Positions 26,170 through 41,024 of a stretch of DNA of 64,000 nucleotides are shown here, one piece after another. The position numbers were made by a program, and so were the translations under genes. The stretch's first letter is position 1. Each line of letters starts with the position of its first letter. Under the pieces are notes generated by a model that searched no databases, was not told the origin of the DNA, and saw only the letters and a program-made list of their open reading frames with translations. The stretch comes from Chrysomallon squamiferum (taxonomy: Eukaryota > Animalia > Mollusca), in assembly GCA_012295275.1 (NCBI GenBank), contig CM022672.1, positions 3,782,001 through 3,846,000 of the forward strand. The letters run 5' to 3'.

Positions 26170-26385
26170 ACTGAGGATGAACTCCACATTTTATTTGTAT
26201 GTAGTGTTACAATAAACTAAGGGATCACGATATTTATAAATTTATGAAAAAGAATTCATTGCTAACCTTTATTATTATGAAATCAGAAAATTTGGAAGCA
26301 AAGGTGTATAACAGGTTCTGACTGTGTTATGGGCCTAAGGCCTCTAACACTGAATAAAACTGTCTTGACATGACTTGTCTTGTCT
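26170..26385 (+). mobile_element. 3' end of a LINE (CR1/L2-like) with AATAAA and short tandem tail
   Basis: gggcctaaggcct...gAATAAAactgtcttgacatgacttgtcttgtct: poly(A) signal followed by a (TCTTG)-like pentamer tail; CpG-poor. Confidence 0.45.
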
Positions 26386-26491
26386 GGTATATTATTTATG
26401 GTTTGTTTTTACGCTTGTATAATTAAATTACGGTATTCTGTAAAATAACCAGAACTTCGATAACAAAGGCTGAAATTAATTAATAAGTAAA

Positions 26492-26530
<39 letters not shown>

Positions 26531-26674
26531 ATAAATAATAATAAGAGAAATAATAAAAAGACAAAAAAGACACAAAATGAAATAAAGGAAGATAAAACAA
26601 AACGAAGAAAAAAAAAAAAAAAGAACACAAAGAAAAGGACAAAAAGACCAATCTACCGATGGACGAGTATGAAT

Positions 26675-26707
<33 letters not shown>

Positions 26708-27162
26708 TAAATAATGTAAATTGGCAAGTTATATGCAGATGGCATCTTTGTACATTCATGTGAAGACATAATTGACTTGTGGGACCGATAGTTCCGACCA
26801 GAGGAAATGAACCGATTTGCGAACGTTCCTCCAGAGGATACTTATACATCCTTTCAAAATGGCGAAGACAAAAACGCTTCGAGGGTCGCCGAGCCAATTT
26901 CCCCTACGACTGTCCATTCGTGTCATTTCCTGTCTTAGGTAGAACGTCGCCGCAGGACTTGGCTCATCTCGTCTGCACGGACAGCACGGTGAAGTGAAAC
27001 TGGTGGCCACGGTCAAAGATGGCGGAGTACACGTGCAGTTATCGCGAAGGCGTGATTGTAGTTTTGTCGTGAACGAAGTTCAAATGAAAACACATAGAAA
27101 CGAACGACTATAATGATAATTCTTTCGTTTTTTTTTTCTTCTTCCAGTAATTAATAATTAAT

Positions 27163-27240
<78 letters not shown>

Positions 27241-27752
27241 AATATTAATAATCACGTTAATTTTTTTTCTGGCTTTATGTATGCGCTTTATCAGACTATT
27301 AAATTTATTACATGTTTAACACAATATAACAGAAAAAAACAAAACATGAATTCTAAATTAACTGTTAGAAAAAAGCGCTTTCAAAAAATTATGGGCAATT
27401 ACGAGAAAAAAGAAAACTTGAATCGGTAATAATTTATCTGGCTCAGATTCGATTCATTTTTCTATTATAAACTGTTCCACTAGAGAATAAACCTTTTTTT
27501 TGGTGGTTTTTTTTACTCTCTCTTCCTCTTTCAGAGAAATTTAATATAAAAGTACTTACTACAAACTAACTGACAGCTAAATTGGTGCATTATTTTTGCC
27601 TCTTTATGTGGGTATAGGTCACTGACACATGGTTATTTAAGCTCTCCTATCCGTTCAGGCAAACTGAAATTTGTCATTTGACTGAATACAGTTATACGCA
27701 TTAGAGTTAGTAAGAATATCACCAAAATACACTTAATTTTATTATTCAATTT

Positions 27753-27787
27753 CATTATTATTATTATTATATTATTATTATTATTAC

Positions 27788-27839
<52 letters not shown>

Positions 27840-27892
27840 AATATTATTGTTACAACTTATTTTATTATTATTATTATTATTATTATTGTTAC

Positions 27893-27926
<34 letters not shown>

Positions 27927-27991
27927 GTTACAACTATTATTTTATTATTATTATTACTATTATTATTATTATTGTTATTGTTATTATTATT
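27753..27991. repeat. Long interrupted (ATT)n tract
   Basis: Direct reading; includes an internally duplicated ttgttacaact interruption. Confidence 0.95.
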
Positions 27992-28134
27992 TTAAATATT
28001 AGAGAAAGAGACAAATTAGTGACAGATTACAAAAACACAGGCAGATTGCTGTGCATGTTAAGAAGAAGGTAAAAAAACAAACAGTCGGACAGATTACCAT
28101 AAAAGGACAAATATAAATTAATATAGTGAACACT

Positions 28135-28277
28135 CCCAGGCATGGTTCCTAATTTAGGCACATCTATTAAAAGTATATAATGTTAATTTTGCTATTAATT
28201 CTTAAACCACTCTTCACCTGTACAATATTTGTATTATTCTATGTATATTGTGATTACATACATAAGTATTTATATAT

Positions 28278-28310
<33 letters not shown>

Positions 28311-28341
28311 AATTAAGGCTCTAAACAACTTGATCTTGTCT
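28135..28341 (+). mobile_element. Second probable LINE 3' fragment
   Basis: TG-rich UTR-like tract ending gaattaaggctctaaacaacttgatcttgtct, a tail similar to that at 26360-26385. Confidence 0.3.
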
Positions 28342-31300
28342 AACAACGATTACTAATGGCCATCACAATTAGCAAGAATACAGAGTTAAACTAAGAAATT
28401 CGCCAAAAAAAATAGCTAGAAATTCAGACAGACTAAGACGAAAGACAATCGAATTACTTGCATATTCAAAATCAAAAAGACAAACACAGTTGTATATTCG
28501 CAGGAAAAAAATTCAAGAAACTTCCATGTTCTAACGGACAAACAAACAAACAAAAACAAATGTTGCAAGAGAGACATGCGAATTATACATTATTCTTAAG
28601 TTGAGACCCAGTCAAACAGACTCCCATATTAATAATGAAACAGAGAAATTAGAGTATCAGCAAGGAGAGAAACAAACAAATAAAGATTTTTCGCCGGAAG
28701 ACAGACAGACAGGCTACAGCATATTGGCAGGAAAACCGACAGACTTCCATGCTGGCAAGAAACAGACTGACAAATAAAGTACCAAATTCCCAGTAAGACA
28801 GACACGCGAAGACTGCACACTTGCAGTAACAACTAAACAGGATGAAATAATTGAAGGGTGGGAAAAAAAGAAGGGAAAATAGAGACAGACAGACAAGGAG
28901 CAATTTTAAGCCAGTCCGTTATTAGTATTAGTGCTATTATTGCCGTGGCCCACTTTGATAAACAGTAAATGCTGTAATTTCTGTCATCACAGACTTTTAG
29001 TCGATTCACTCGCCCACCAGCAGTTTACAGCCCCGAGACTTCAACAACCACTCAGTCGTGATATAAACTCGATATTCTCTAACCAAATATCTAAACTGTC
29101 GGCGAATATGACACGATTAGTATGAGTAATATTTTATATTTTCCCCACTGAAAAAAAAAAAAAAATATGTTTTTTAAAAATAAGGAAAGAAAAGGCTGGA
29201 TTTAGATGTTAAAAACTGTGGAAACTGAAAAAAAAAAAAACCTGCTGCCTTGTCACTGTAACATAGCATAAAAGAAAAGAAGGAGGAGGAGGAGGAGGAA
29301 GAGGAGATGAAGAAGGAGAAAAAAAAAGTATGCAGACTTGTCTGAATAAATTCTGATTAGCAGTGGACTGGGACACACTCGATAACACTTAACCAGTTTA
29401 CTTTGACAACATACGCTTCACTGCGTGCTCGGTTCTTCTGTGGCGTGCTTCGCTTCTTATCCAAACTTGGAGAACTGTCGATTGCGATCAAATCAAAATT
29501 ACTATTGCTATGGAGATCAAATCTGTTTTCTGAGTAAATAACCCAATTGTCAGTCATTTTAGGAAGAAAAAAAAAAAAAAAAAAAAACACTGTTGAAAAT
29601 CCTACGGCCAGCAATTTTGTGGATGAAAATTCGACAGAATGGTTATCCTGGCTCGATGCCAACTAAAACATTTTGCTCCTACTTCAACATTATTTTTTCA
29701 GTTAACACTTTTTTTTTTATGTCGTCTAAATGACAAAATAGATACTATCTTGGATAAATACCACTAAGCCTACAGAAAGAAAAAAAAAAAAAGACGAAGA
29801 AAAAAGATACAAAAACGGAAAGAGAATTTGTTATAATTTTACAGTGATACTTTTTGTAACAACTAACTGTTGCTGCATAGTAGTTGTAAAATTGTGGTGG
29901 TCGTCGTATTGGTTGTAACGGGAACAGTAATAAATAGTTTTTGGTAAGTAGGTAGTAGTAGGTGTAACCGTAGTATCAGTACTACTGGAATTATTATTGG
30001 CAGAAATAGTAGCAGTAACAGAAACAGTGACAGGATCATCGTTAGCAAAAGTAGTAAATTACTAATCAGATTTTTTTAAAAACGTATAAAATTGCAGTTT
30101 GCATTAATTACTTTTAATACAGCTGCGACAGAGCACGCAGGCAAATTTAAAATCTCATAAAAATTGAATACGGGCGAGAAACAAAATTTGAAATATGCTG
30201 TTTTCTGAGTGTTAAGTGGAGAAACAACACGAAAAGAAAAACCAGTGTCTATTAAATTCACCAAGATCACTGTCTCCAGTGTCATAGGAGATAATATAAA
30301 ATCGAAATGATGGCGCCACGGTTTCTCGTACGATGACTCATTGGTTGCGGAAGTATTTAAATGTCTGCAAATTGGTCGGAGTAACAAGGTCCCTGATTGG
30401 TCACAATTCTCAGTGTTCTCGAGTTTCCGTCCTCGGGGTGTTCATCATTAACAGAGTAAAATTCAATGAAGTACTCTTCGGCCAAGATCTTGTCAAAATA
30501 TTTGAAATCTTGTTTTGCCTTTTTTTTTTTTTTTTTTTTTTTTCCGTTGTTGTTTTCGTTTTTGATAATGGCTGCTTCATAGACTGTGTTAATATGTGAC
30601 AGTCTCACGTATTTTACTTTTATGAAAAGATTTAACTGATATTGTAAAGTCGGATTAATCGTTATTTAATAAGGCTACTGAAAAATAAAAAAATAAAGAA
30701 TTTGGTGAAGACCAATGAGAATGTTTAATAATACTAGAGAAGAAGAAAAAGTAAATGATTGTGAATATTTTTTTTTTTTTTTTTAAAAATAAAATAATAA
30801 ATAATAATTTTAAAAAGAAAGTAAAAAGAAATAACGAAACATGAGATACACCGAAAATATTGATTTTATTTAACACTACACTTCGATTTTCCTAAGACTT
30901 TATTTTAAAAACATTTATTCGAGTGTCCGAATAATTCCACATGTTTTCCAAAACAAAGAAACAAATTTGTGATAATTAAATGAATTAAAAAAATAAATAA
31001 ATAAAGAAAGAAAATATCGGAAAAACGCCTCTTTTCCGCTCTTTATGACATTATAACATGAAAACAAACTAATTAAGCATCTGTCATAAATTTCCAAATC
31101 AAGACATTTTACACTTCAACTTTTCAGTTTTTCTTTACTTCTCTTTTTTTTTTTTTTTTTTTTTACAAAAACAGCGTCAAGTACTTCAATCTAGATACCT
31201 CGGGAGATTTAAGGGACGGAATTAAAGTGTAATAAAGAAAGAAACAAAACTGAAATAAAGACAGAGACGATTCTCTCAGGACCGGATTACGGTATCATAT

Positions 31301-31910
31301 TTCAATACAGAGTTCTAAATCAGTCAGCGGACTAAACAACACCAGAGTCTACGACGACGATTCTACGACGTACCCGACTTCGGCCCGGCCCGGCAACGCG
31401 TTTATCAGCCATAGTAATGGGTTGCCGCGTGAGAACCGGCTCCCGGACAAAGAGACACTTTGGCACGGCTTTCTCGTGTTAAAAATTAAAGTCACGCCCC
31501 AAGACCAATACGTCTTTAGACCCATTTCGGATAATTTCACACCTTGGCTGGCATGTGTTTCCTGCTGATTGTGGAAGTCACGTGCTCTTTGAGAGTTCAA
31601 TTAAAAAGTGGCGCGGAGCCCGGCTAACTGGCGTTCGAGTTTCCACTCGTTTTCCGAAAGGTGTTTGGTTCTGAGAAACTCTAGCCTCTTGCTTCGCGTG
31701 CAATTTACGTAACGTGTCAGCCAGCTTCGACTTATTCAATCACCAGTTCTTTGTTTTTCCAGCCTGACAATAAATTGTGATTTTTTCCCAGCGACATTTT
31801 AACAATTTACTGCGAACACGCATGACACAAGATCACCTGCTCCACGCTCGCTTTTCATAGTAGTTACATGAATTATTGTCTGATTTGAGAGCTTCCTTAA
31901 TACGTATGAA

Positions 31911-32150
31911 TGTTATTATTGTTATTGTTATTGTTATTGTTATTGTTATTGTTATTGTTGTTGTTGTTGTTGTTGTTGTTATTGAGATTGTTATTATTGT
32001 TATTATTATTATTATTGTTATTGTTGTTGTTATTGTTGTTGTTGTTATTGTTGTTGTTGTTATTGTTATTGAGATTATTATTATTGTTATTATTGTTATT
32101 ATTGTTATTATTATTATTATTATTATTATTTTGTTATTTTTGTTATTGTT
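31911..32150. repeat. Mixed (ATT/GTT)n tract
   Basis: Direct reading; source of the spurious poly-Leu and poly-Ile/Val ORFs. Confidence 0.95.
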
Positions 32151-32237
32151 GCTGTAGTTGTTGGGCTCAGAGATTATAACTGTAGGACGATCGTATTATG
32201 GTTAAGATTCTTACACTTTTGTTTCCAAACTAACCAA

Positions 32238-32337
<100 letters not shown>

Positions 32338-32602
32338 TAACACACTGAATGTATTTTGTCTTCTTATTATTGTGTGGGTGTGGGTGAGATTATTATTATT
32401 ATTATTATTTTTTTTTTTTTTTAACGGTTTGAAGAGAAACGATACATTTCATGTAGACGTTCACTTGAATTCTGATTTAAGTTAACAACTCTGACATGAA
32501 GTATGTAAAGCTAAAATAAGTATTTTCATACCGAATTTAGCACTGCGGCTGGCGTAAAAAAACTGACCTAGCGGTTAAGTCGTTATGAATTAAAACTTTC
32601 AT

Positions 32603-32605
<3 letters not shown>

Positions 32606-32694
<89 letters not shown>
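32606..32694. repeat. Compound (CT)n(CA)n microsatellite
   Basis: Direct reading. Confidence 0.95.
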
Positions 32695-33465
32695 TACGCA
32701 CAGACATGCACACAAACAATTTTAATTAACAATTTATAAATAAAGGAAGTACATTAATTTGGTTCTTTCTGCTGATTATTTTTTTTTCTTTCGTTTCATC
32801 ATTATTAATATATTTCTCTTATCTGAAAAGAAAAAAAGAAAAGAATATAAAAATATACACAAAAAATTCGCGTTTCGTCTAATAAGGTATAAAATTACAT
32901 TAAACGATGCGAACGCCATTTAATACTCTCTGGGGCTAGTTCACGGCAGAGCTGTTTAAATAAACATGAACCATTAAAACAACATCACATTATCATAGAC
33001 AGCGAAATTGTCTACGTTTTCCTCCGGAGAATGCCGAGATAACGAGGAACCGAATAGACTATCCACTGGCCCCCTGCTGCTAGTATTAGTTTACCGGTAA
33101 TCTGAGATTTGCTACGCCTCGCTTTATTGGCCAAGTCCCAGTGTTCTGACTAGTCGTGGCGGGAATGCACATCAGCTGTAAATATATGTTTATTGTTGTT
33201 GGACGTGAAATCCCGAGCTCAATTAAAGAAGGTATTTTTCTAATCAGCGCTCATTTGTTGACCGAGAGTTCTCGTCCGAGGTTCCTACTTGTCAGTCTTT
33301 GTCAATTAAAGAGACATAAATTCAGAGTTACAGAAGTGAAATGATAATTGAAAACGATTTCATAGATGTACGGTGAGGCCCGGTTTTGACAGACGAGTTT
33401 CTACTAGCGATATTTTAAGTTAACTAATTTTCACTCTTGCTTTCTGTCTTACTTTTCCCATATTT

Positions 33466-33469
<4 letters not shown>

Positions 33470-33518
<49 letters not shown>

Positions 33519-33547
33519 GTCTCTCTTTAACGTGATGAATTTTTCAT

Positions 33548-33637
<90 letters not shown>

Positions 33638-33650
33638 TCTCTCTCTCTCT
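33470..33650. repeat. Two adjacent (CT)n tracts
   Basis: Direct reading. Confidence 0.95.
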
Positions 33651-36486
33651 CACTTTCACACATTTTCAAACACTCTTCCTTACTTTCATATAATCGAGTT
33701 TAAACAACTTCGATGCCGACTAATTTCATTTGACGAAGTCTGTCCTGTGGTTTCACTTTCTGACGGTCACACGGGAAATATTCTGTCTGTCTCTCGTTCA
33801 CTCACTCAAACTCTTAGTTTCTCTTTTCTTATTTATTTAACAAACGCACTTCACGATCTGTGGTTATAGAACTGAATAGATATCCCTTTCACTTAGAAAA
33901 TATCTTTCGTTTAATCATTATAAGTATTTATTGCAACAAATGCTGTATTTAAAATATTTCTTATTCCCGAAAATTTTCTTTGTTTTAAGAAAAACGGCTC
34001 TGAAACCAGATTAGTGTTTGTTCCGAGCATGTGTCACATGCAGAAGCCATATGCCTGACACCGAGTAGTGTCTGATTGAGATCACCAGGCAGCAGGCGAG
34101 AGTCCGCACTCCCAGGTCTTTGAAGACGAGACACGATTGTAAGTGAGTGCCCGCACTCTTGATAGTGGTTCAAAGATTTCCAAAGTCTTAAAGTGACAGG
34201 TTCAATTAGAGAAACCACAAAACTTTGAGAATCTAGCTGCTAGTAAGTGCACCAGCATGTCTCTAGAAAACACATTAGTGTGCTCTGGATCGAATTTTAA
34301 GACATTCATAAAGACGTCCAGTACAGAAACAGCATGACATTGTTTGCCTGTACATTACATTCAACACGCCCAGTTTGCTGTCGGAACTGTCCGAAATAAC
34401 GTTGCGTAGATAAATTTGTCTGTACTGTGTTGCAGTATATAAATCTTTTTAACTCCAGTGTCCTAAACACAAATAGTGTAGATACATTTGACTTTAATAC
34501 TGTCGGTAATGTCTGAAATACAAATAGTGAAGATCAGTGTGAGGTGCACTATGAACATGATATATTAACAACTCATTAATACTGACTGTGAAGAAATCTT
34601 GTCATGCGTATTAAAAAGAAAACATCAAATAATATGCTACTTCTTTTATGAAACATATAAATGAATACTATACGGGTCAAGTATACGTTCTAAATATTTT
34701 CTGAACTATTTTGGTTTATATACCAAAGAAGGAATTCAGAATGCTGGCAACCATTGGTATAGTTGCATGTAATTATACATCCAGCTTGATAATAGTAAAG
34801 TTTGGCATAAAGAGAGTGTGTAGGTTTATCTATAATTCATTATCCCATGATTTTTTAGCGTATGAAAAAAAAAAAAAATCTTGTTTGCGTTTGATGTGAG
34901 TTCTGTGTCTTGAAATAACTGGAAGTGTACAAAACTCTACAACTGATTACAGCAAGAATTGACAAGATTAAAGGAAACCTGTTTGATCTCGTCAAATCTC
35001 GCAAATCGCCCGTTCTCGGCGAGATCATGCGCTGATGGACACATCAAAACATTTCTCGACAGCACCGAGTGACCGAGCACGTGCCGTGTTACGTAAGGTC
35101 AGCTGTCGACGAGCTCGAATTCCGTGACTGTGATTAGAGAAATGGTCCAACGTGAGGGACGACGTTTTTCTTCTTCTTAACGTTATTTCGTTTTCAAATT
35201 TTTTTTTTTTTTTTTTTTTTAAATTTCTTATGTAACCTTTCAAGATTTGTGGTTTAAAGATAATCATTTCAAGAGGTCAGTGCTCAAGGTTAGAATTGAT
35301 GTCTCAAAGATTTTGCTTACGTGACCTATCAGTTTTAAACATCACTTGTGTTTTTACCTTTTCTTTCTTAACGCCAGTGACCTCGGGTTGACCTTCATCT
35401 CAACATAAAGGCAAACAAGAGAATTAACGCTAATATCATTCAAAATCGAAATGGTGATCTTCATTCAATATTTGAATAACAAGTCTTTTATGTAAGCCAT
35501 ATAAATTAAAAAAAAAAAAAAAAAATTTAAAGTTAAAAATCCCTATTATTTTACCATACACATATACAAAAGCACAGATGCCAACATTCATATATAAATT
35601 ATAGGCTATCTGCTGAATTTAAAACAGTTAGTTTTAAAAGAAAAAAAAAAAAAAAAAAAAAATTTAAACATTTTAAATAATCTTTTCAGCCTTGGGGAAA
35701 ACATTCAAATTAGTTCCACTCTTTAACAAACTGTCTTTGTTTTCCTGATTCAAAATGACGAAAATAGAAAACAGAAGAAGAAAAGGAAGCCAAAAATCAC
35801 TGAAGATGTTCTTGAACGTTTTTCCGGCGGAACACACGGTCATATTTATAAGTATGATTAGCATTAGACGCCATTAATAACGTCTCGTTTTTCCCGCCAG
35901 CGCCATTCTTCAAATCATTTGGCACGTGCTGGACCTTCGGGACTTGTACCGGGAAGTGCCGAAGGCGGAATTGGGCGGAGATCGCATTTGATTACCTCCG
36001 CCGAAGCGAACTCAGTAAGGCGGATGGCATCGAGCGAAACACTTGAGTTGAAAGCGTTGGGGAAATTATCTAGATAAATGCACCTGATTCCTACACTTCA
36101 AGTACCATGTCCTCGAGTATTGTTATTGTATTGTACAGTGTGACCTTCCGCGAGTTTATTTATATACTGCTTGAAGAAGGTTCTTTGTAAATACTTTATT
36201 GTTGTTTTAATCATGTTGTTTTTAACATTGCTTCAGACAACAACAACAATAAAAATAAAATAAATAAATAAATAAATAAACAGTTATATGGAGACAGATA
36301 ATAATAAAAAAAATAATAAAAAAAAAAAAAAAATAAATCAACAACTTGTGGTAAACCAATTACATCTGCTCTTGATTTTTTTTTTTTTTTTTTTTTTGTC
36401 TCCCTTTATTACTTTAGTCATTTGTATGTTTGTTGGTTGACTCGTTTGCAAGTAACAATATTCTTTTCTTTTTTCGTTTATATTAC

Positions 36487-36551
<65 letters not shown>

Positions 36552-39500
36552 TCTTTTTTTATTGTGAAGTCCTTGTACTCATTGTGGGTCACACAATCAA
36601 ACCTCGAACGCTTACGTTTTCTCAAAATAGGTGGTAGTGATCTACGGCTTGTTAAACTTTTCTTTTGCTGGTTTGTTTTTGGAAACTGTAAATAATACAC
36701 TGTTGAAAATCAGTGTATTTCTTCCTCATAATTATGTTTAATACATACTATCGATTAATTATAGATGTTCTTTAATTTATTCTTTCGAAATGATGACACT
36801 GTCACTGCAAATGACTTTAAAATAAATAAATAAATAAAATTTAAAATTCAAAAATCACGTAAATTTTTTTTTTTTTTTTTTTTTTAAATACACCACATCC
36901 TTTTAAAATATTTCTGGAACCTCCACTCCACCAAGTGATAAAATGACTGATATATGAAGAAGTGATTGTTGTCTGGGAAAGGTTATTTGGAAAATGAACA
37001 AACCAAGCACCGGAGTCTTCTAACCTCGCAGAAAACTGCTAACCGCGTAATTCCTACCCGCCACTGCTCATTGACGCCATAATAAATTGTGCTTCCTTTA
37101 CGGGCGTTAGTTGGCATTCCATTGGATAAGAATTGTGAGCAGCGGTGTTTGGCGCGTGAGGCTCGCGCTGAACGCGAAGTGACTCGAAGTTAAACCTGCT
37201 TCAGATCAGTAATAAAAACCTAGTGTTGCCAACAGTAATTTGACTTCGCCGTTTTGAAGGAAACTAAATGCCCGTTCGTTCGAGGAAAGGCTTGATTGGA
37301 AACACGTCGAGTGGAATTGCTCGCGAACTCCTGGCCTGTGTTATGTCATATGGGAAAGGATTCTTTTTATATTTTTATTTCACTGTCTCATTCATTTCGT
37401 TCTTTTTTTTTTTTTTTTGTGTGTGTGTGTGTGTTTTTTTTTTCTTTCTGTAACGGTGTAATAAATGACACATTTCAAACGTCAGGAAATGCCGGGAATT
37501 TTTACATCAAAATCATAAACATAATATTATATATATATATATAATTAGAAAATAAAGTTGATTGTGATAAATGATTATGTTATATTTGAGATAGTAAAAT
37601 TGAAAATGATGGTGGTGGTGATGACTGTAAAGAAAACGAAAGGAAAGAATAATGATGATGGTAATCGAATGAAAGAAGATAATAAGATTTGAAGATTAAT
37701 ATCACCATGGAGAAGAAAAATGTAAAAAAAAAAAAAAAAACCAACAACAAACAAACAAGAGTAACAATCCCTCCCACCAAAAAATCCCCAGTTGAACAAA
37801 ATCTAAAACAGAGCCAACTAATCTCTTTATTATTCATGGCCATCATTTTCACCAGGAATAAAAGAACCAAAAAAAAAAACACAACAAAAAACCCAAAACA
37901 AAACCAACCAAATGAACGAAAAAAAGTACAACAACAAAAAACGGAATGTGGGCAACCAATAAAAAAATTACGAAAGAAAGAAGTTTCTAAATCAAATCAT
38001 AAAACGAAAAATACTACTACTACTACTACTACTAATAATAATAATAATAAGTAAGTAAGTAAGTAAAAAAAAAAAAAAAAAGCCTTCTGAGCTCGTTACT
38101 GGATTTGACGTAAGTAAAAGTGACGTCTCCCGCGGCCGCTATTTGTCCGATACCGGAGATGACTGACTGATGGCTGTAACACTATTGACAGTTCATCTCT
38201 GCACTGTGTTACATCTGCGCTGGTCTGACACGTGTCTTAGGGGTGTTTCAGAATCTGTTATATTCCCTCGTTAATAACTCTAAAATATAGGAAATGAAAA
38301 AATATCATCATCTTCAAAACAAAAAAATAAAATACAAAAAAAACAACACAAAAAACAAGAAGAAGAAGAAGGGGAAAAAAAAAAGAAGTTTAACAGAATA
38401 AAATCGATGGTTGATCATTTATTTTCCTTTAAGAAAAACAAAAAAAAAAAAAAAAAAAATCGAAAAAGAACAACAACAGAAACAAAAAACACAAAACACA
38501 CACACACAAAAAAAAATTCTAAATTAGAAAATTTTGTGTGTGGCTAAGTTTTCTCTTTTTTTTAAATAAAAAGTGGATATAAAACTTGTCGAAATCGGGG
38601 AAGTAGAAAGTAAAAGAAAGAGCAGAATTCGGCGAGAGAGAATTTACTACTACTGCTACTACATTATTACTTCTACAACTTCGGTAACACCAGTTCTGGA
38701 GAAAACCATTCAGACGCGCTTTTTATCGTAATAAAATAATAATACTACAGTTAACTCAGTGGTCATCGAACACATCATATCATTTGAATAAAATAAAGCA
38801 GAGATCAACCGCAACCTTAGGTTAAAAGAAATCGCAAAATAAACGTCATCACGTTCATTTACTTAAGACGTAGAAACCGTTTTTGATCATCAAAGTAATT
38901 TATCTTAGCCAAGATCCAGAGAAGCAGCAGTAAAATAAATGTTTATAAAACACTTCAGAAATTTGTTTCATCGACTTTGATGGCTTTCAAGTATCATCCA
39001 TTTGACCTCCACCGACTATAATTATTTATCTGAAAATGTATCTTAAAAAGATCTGTTTTAATAACGTCAGTTTTGTTTCCTCCATGCTAGGAGTTATTTC
39101 GGTGGAAAGTGTCTGCGAATTAGAGTACCAAAAATTAGACTATTTTTAAAATTATTTATTTATTTATTTATATTATAATTCTGGTTCACTTTTTCTTCTT
39201 CTTCTTCTTCTTCCTCCTTCTTCTTCTTATTATTACTGTGTTTATATATTCTTTTACTTACTTATATATTCCTTTATGTTGTTTTATGTTGTGATATGTT
39301 GGCTGTTCATATGTTGTGTTGTTTTCAGTTATGTCATAATGTTCTGTGATGATAATTAAATACCACTAGTTTAAAATACTGTATTCTGAAGAGAGTCTGA
39401 AACTGAACAATTTTTGATTTTGTAAAATTCAAACATATCATCTTTTACTAAAAAAATTATCAAGACGGCTTTCTTAAACAATATTTTAAATAAATAAATA

Positions 39501-40256
39501 AACTTAGAAAATTAAAGAAAATGTCGAATAAAAAAATTAATAAGTAAATGGATGAAAAAGAAAGAAAAATGAACGAGGGAATAAATAAATACATTATTAA
39601 ACGAAAGAGCGAGAGACAGAGAAAAACCCCAGAGATAAAGACATAATATTACAGAGACAGAGAGAGAGAGAATAAAAAATAAAGAAGAAGAAGAAGGAAA
39701 AAAAGAAAAGATAAAGTGGTTTTATCTCGTAGAATATTAAATAATTCACACAGACTTCAACAGCTCTTGTACAAAGACAGAGTTCAGCTGTTTCAATAAT
39801 CACTCGCTATTCAGTAACTTGTAGTCACCCAAATTATCAGCGCAGATTATCTTAGTCAGCGCGATGTAGAATTAATCATCATCGAGCAAATATATCACAC
39901 GTCACTTAGCCTTGCATAAAGAAAAAAAAAAAATGTAGAAAAAATAAGAGAGAGAGAGTTAAAAAAGATATCTCTTTGTAAAAAATGTCTGTAAACTCAA
40001 AGAATAGAATCGATTACTGGTTTTTTAATCATTGTGAGCAAATAAGCCCTGGTAATATTCTGTGAAAGTATTAACTTGGGATAAAAAGCTGGTACACGAT
40101 GTTAGAGCGGCTAAGATGGACGTAAAGAGCCCTTTACAAGCGGCCATTAGCCGGTGATTACCTTATACAACCTTGAAGACAAATCTGAAGAGATCTCATC
40201 AACTCTCGAGTCTTCTTCCATCAGTTAATTAAGTCCCGAGGAACTGAATCAGCAAC

Positions 40257-40596
40257 CACGGGCGGATTCAGAGGGGTGGGACAATACGTATGAACCCAGA
40301 AGAAATCTTCCATATAATTTCTAAAAAAAAAAAAAAAAATTTAAAAAAATAGTTTTTTCACCATTATTTTAGATTTCTTATAATTCAACTCATTTCAGTC
40401 ATTAAAAGTTATTTTACTCTCTATGGATTTGAATCACGTCCGAATTCAGAGAAATCTACGCATCTGACGAATTATTCCTATATCGTTTTTTACGACTGAT
40501 TTTCTTTTCTTTATAATTAATCTCGTTTCATCATGAAAGTTATTACACTTTGCAATGGCGCTGGCCCCTACATCCGTAATTATGGATCCGCCCCTG
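40257..40596. mobile_element. PIF/Harbinger-like MITE
   Basis: Terminal inverted repeats CACGGGCGGATTC (40257-40269) and GGATCCGCCCCTG (40584-40596), 11/13 complementary; no ORF. Confidence 0.65.
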
Positions 40597-40941
40597 ACTT
40601 TCTTTGTGTGACAGCGGTACTAAGAAAGTACTGGACTTTTTCTCTTCTCTCGTTTTCTTTAATAACACACATTGAGGGAATTTGCTGGACTGAACACAAA
40701 TGTAATTAAGACTTATTTTTTTTGTTCCTGTGGTCGATGGCTGTGTAATGTAGATATTATCCGTGAATGAACAAACCGATCGAAATAAAATGAAGAAAGG
40801 AAGACATAAGGAAGGAAGGAAAGAGAGATGCAGCAACTGAAAGATTTAATCAACCAGTTAATTAATAAATCATCTGAATCATAAAAAAATATAAAATAGT
40901 AATAATAATAATAAATATAATAATAATAATAAATATATAAA

Positions 40942-40980
<39 letters not shown>

Positions 40981-40981
40981 G

Positions 40982-41024
<43 letters not shown>

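Noticed and set aside
26973-26990. CACGGACAGCAC resembles half of a REST/NRSE site
   Set aside because: Only the right half matches, and REST is not expected in this presumed lineage.
34496-34516. TAATACTGTCGGTAATGTCTG resembles mature miR-8/miR-200 family
   Set aside because: No complementary 5' arm (CATCTTACC...-like) upstream, so no pre-miRNA hairpin.
39365-39410. CTGAAGA-gagtct-GAAAC resembles a hammerhead ribozyme core
   Set aside because: Stem II lacks the conserved G-C closing pair and stem I does not close next to a cleavage triplet.
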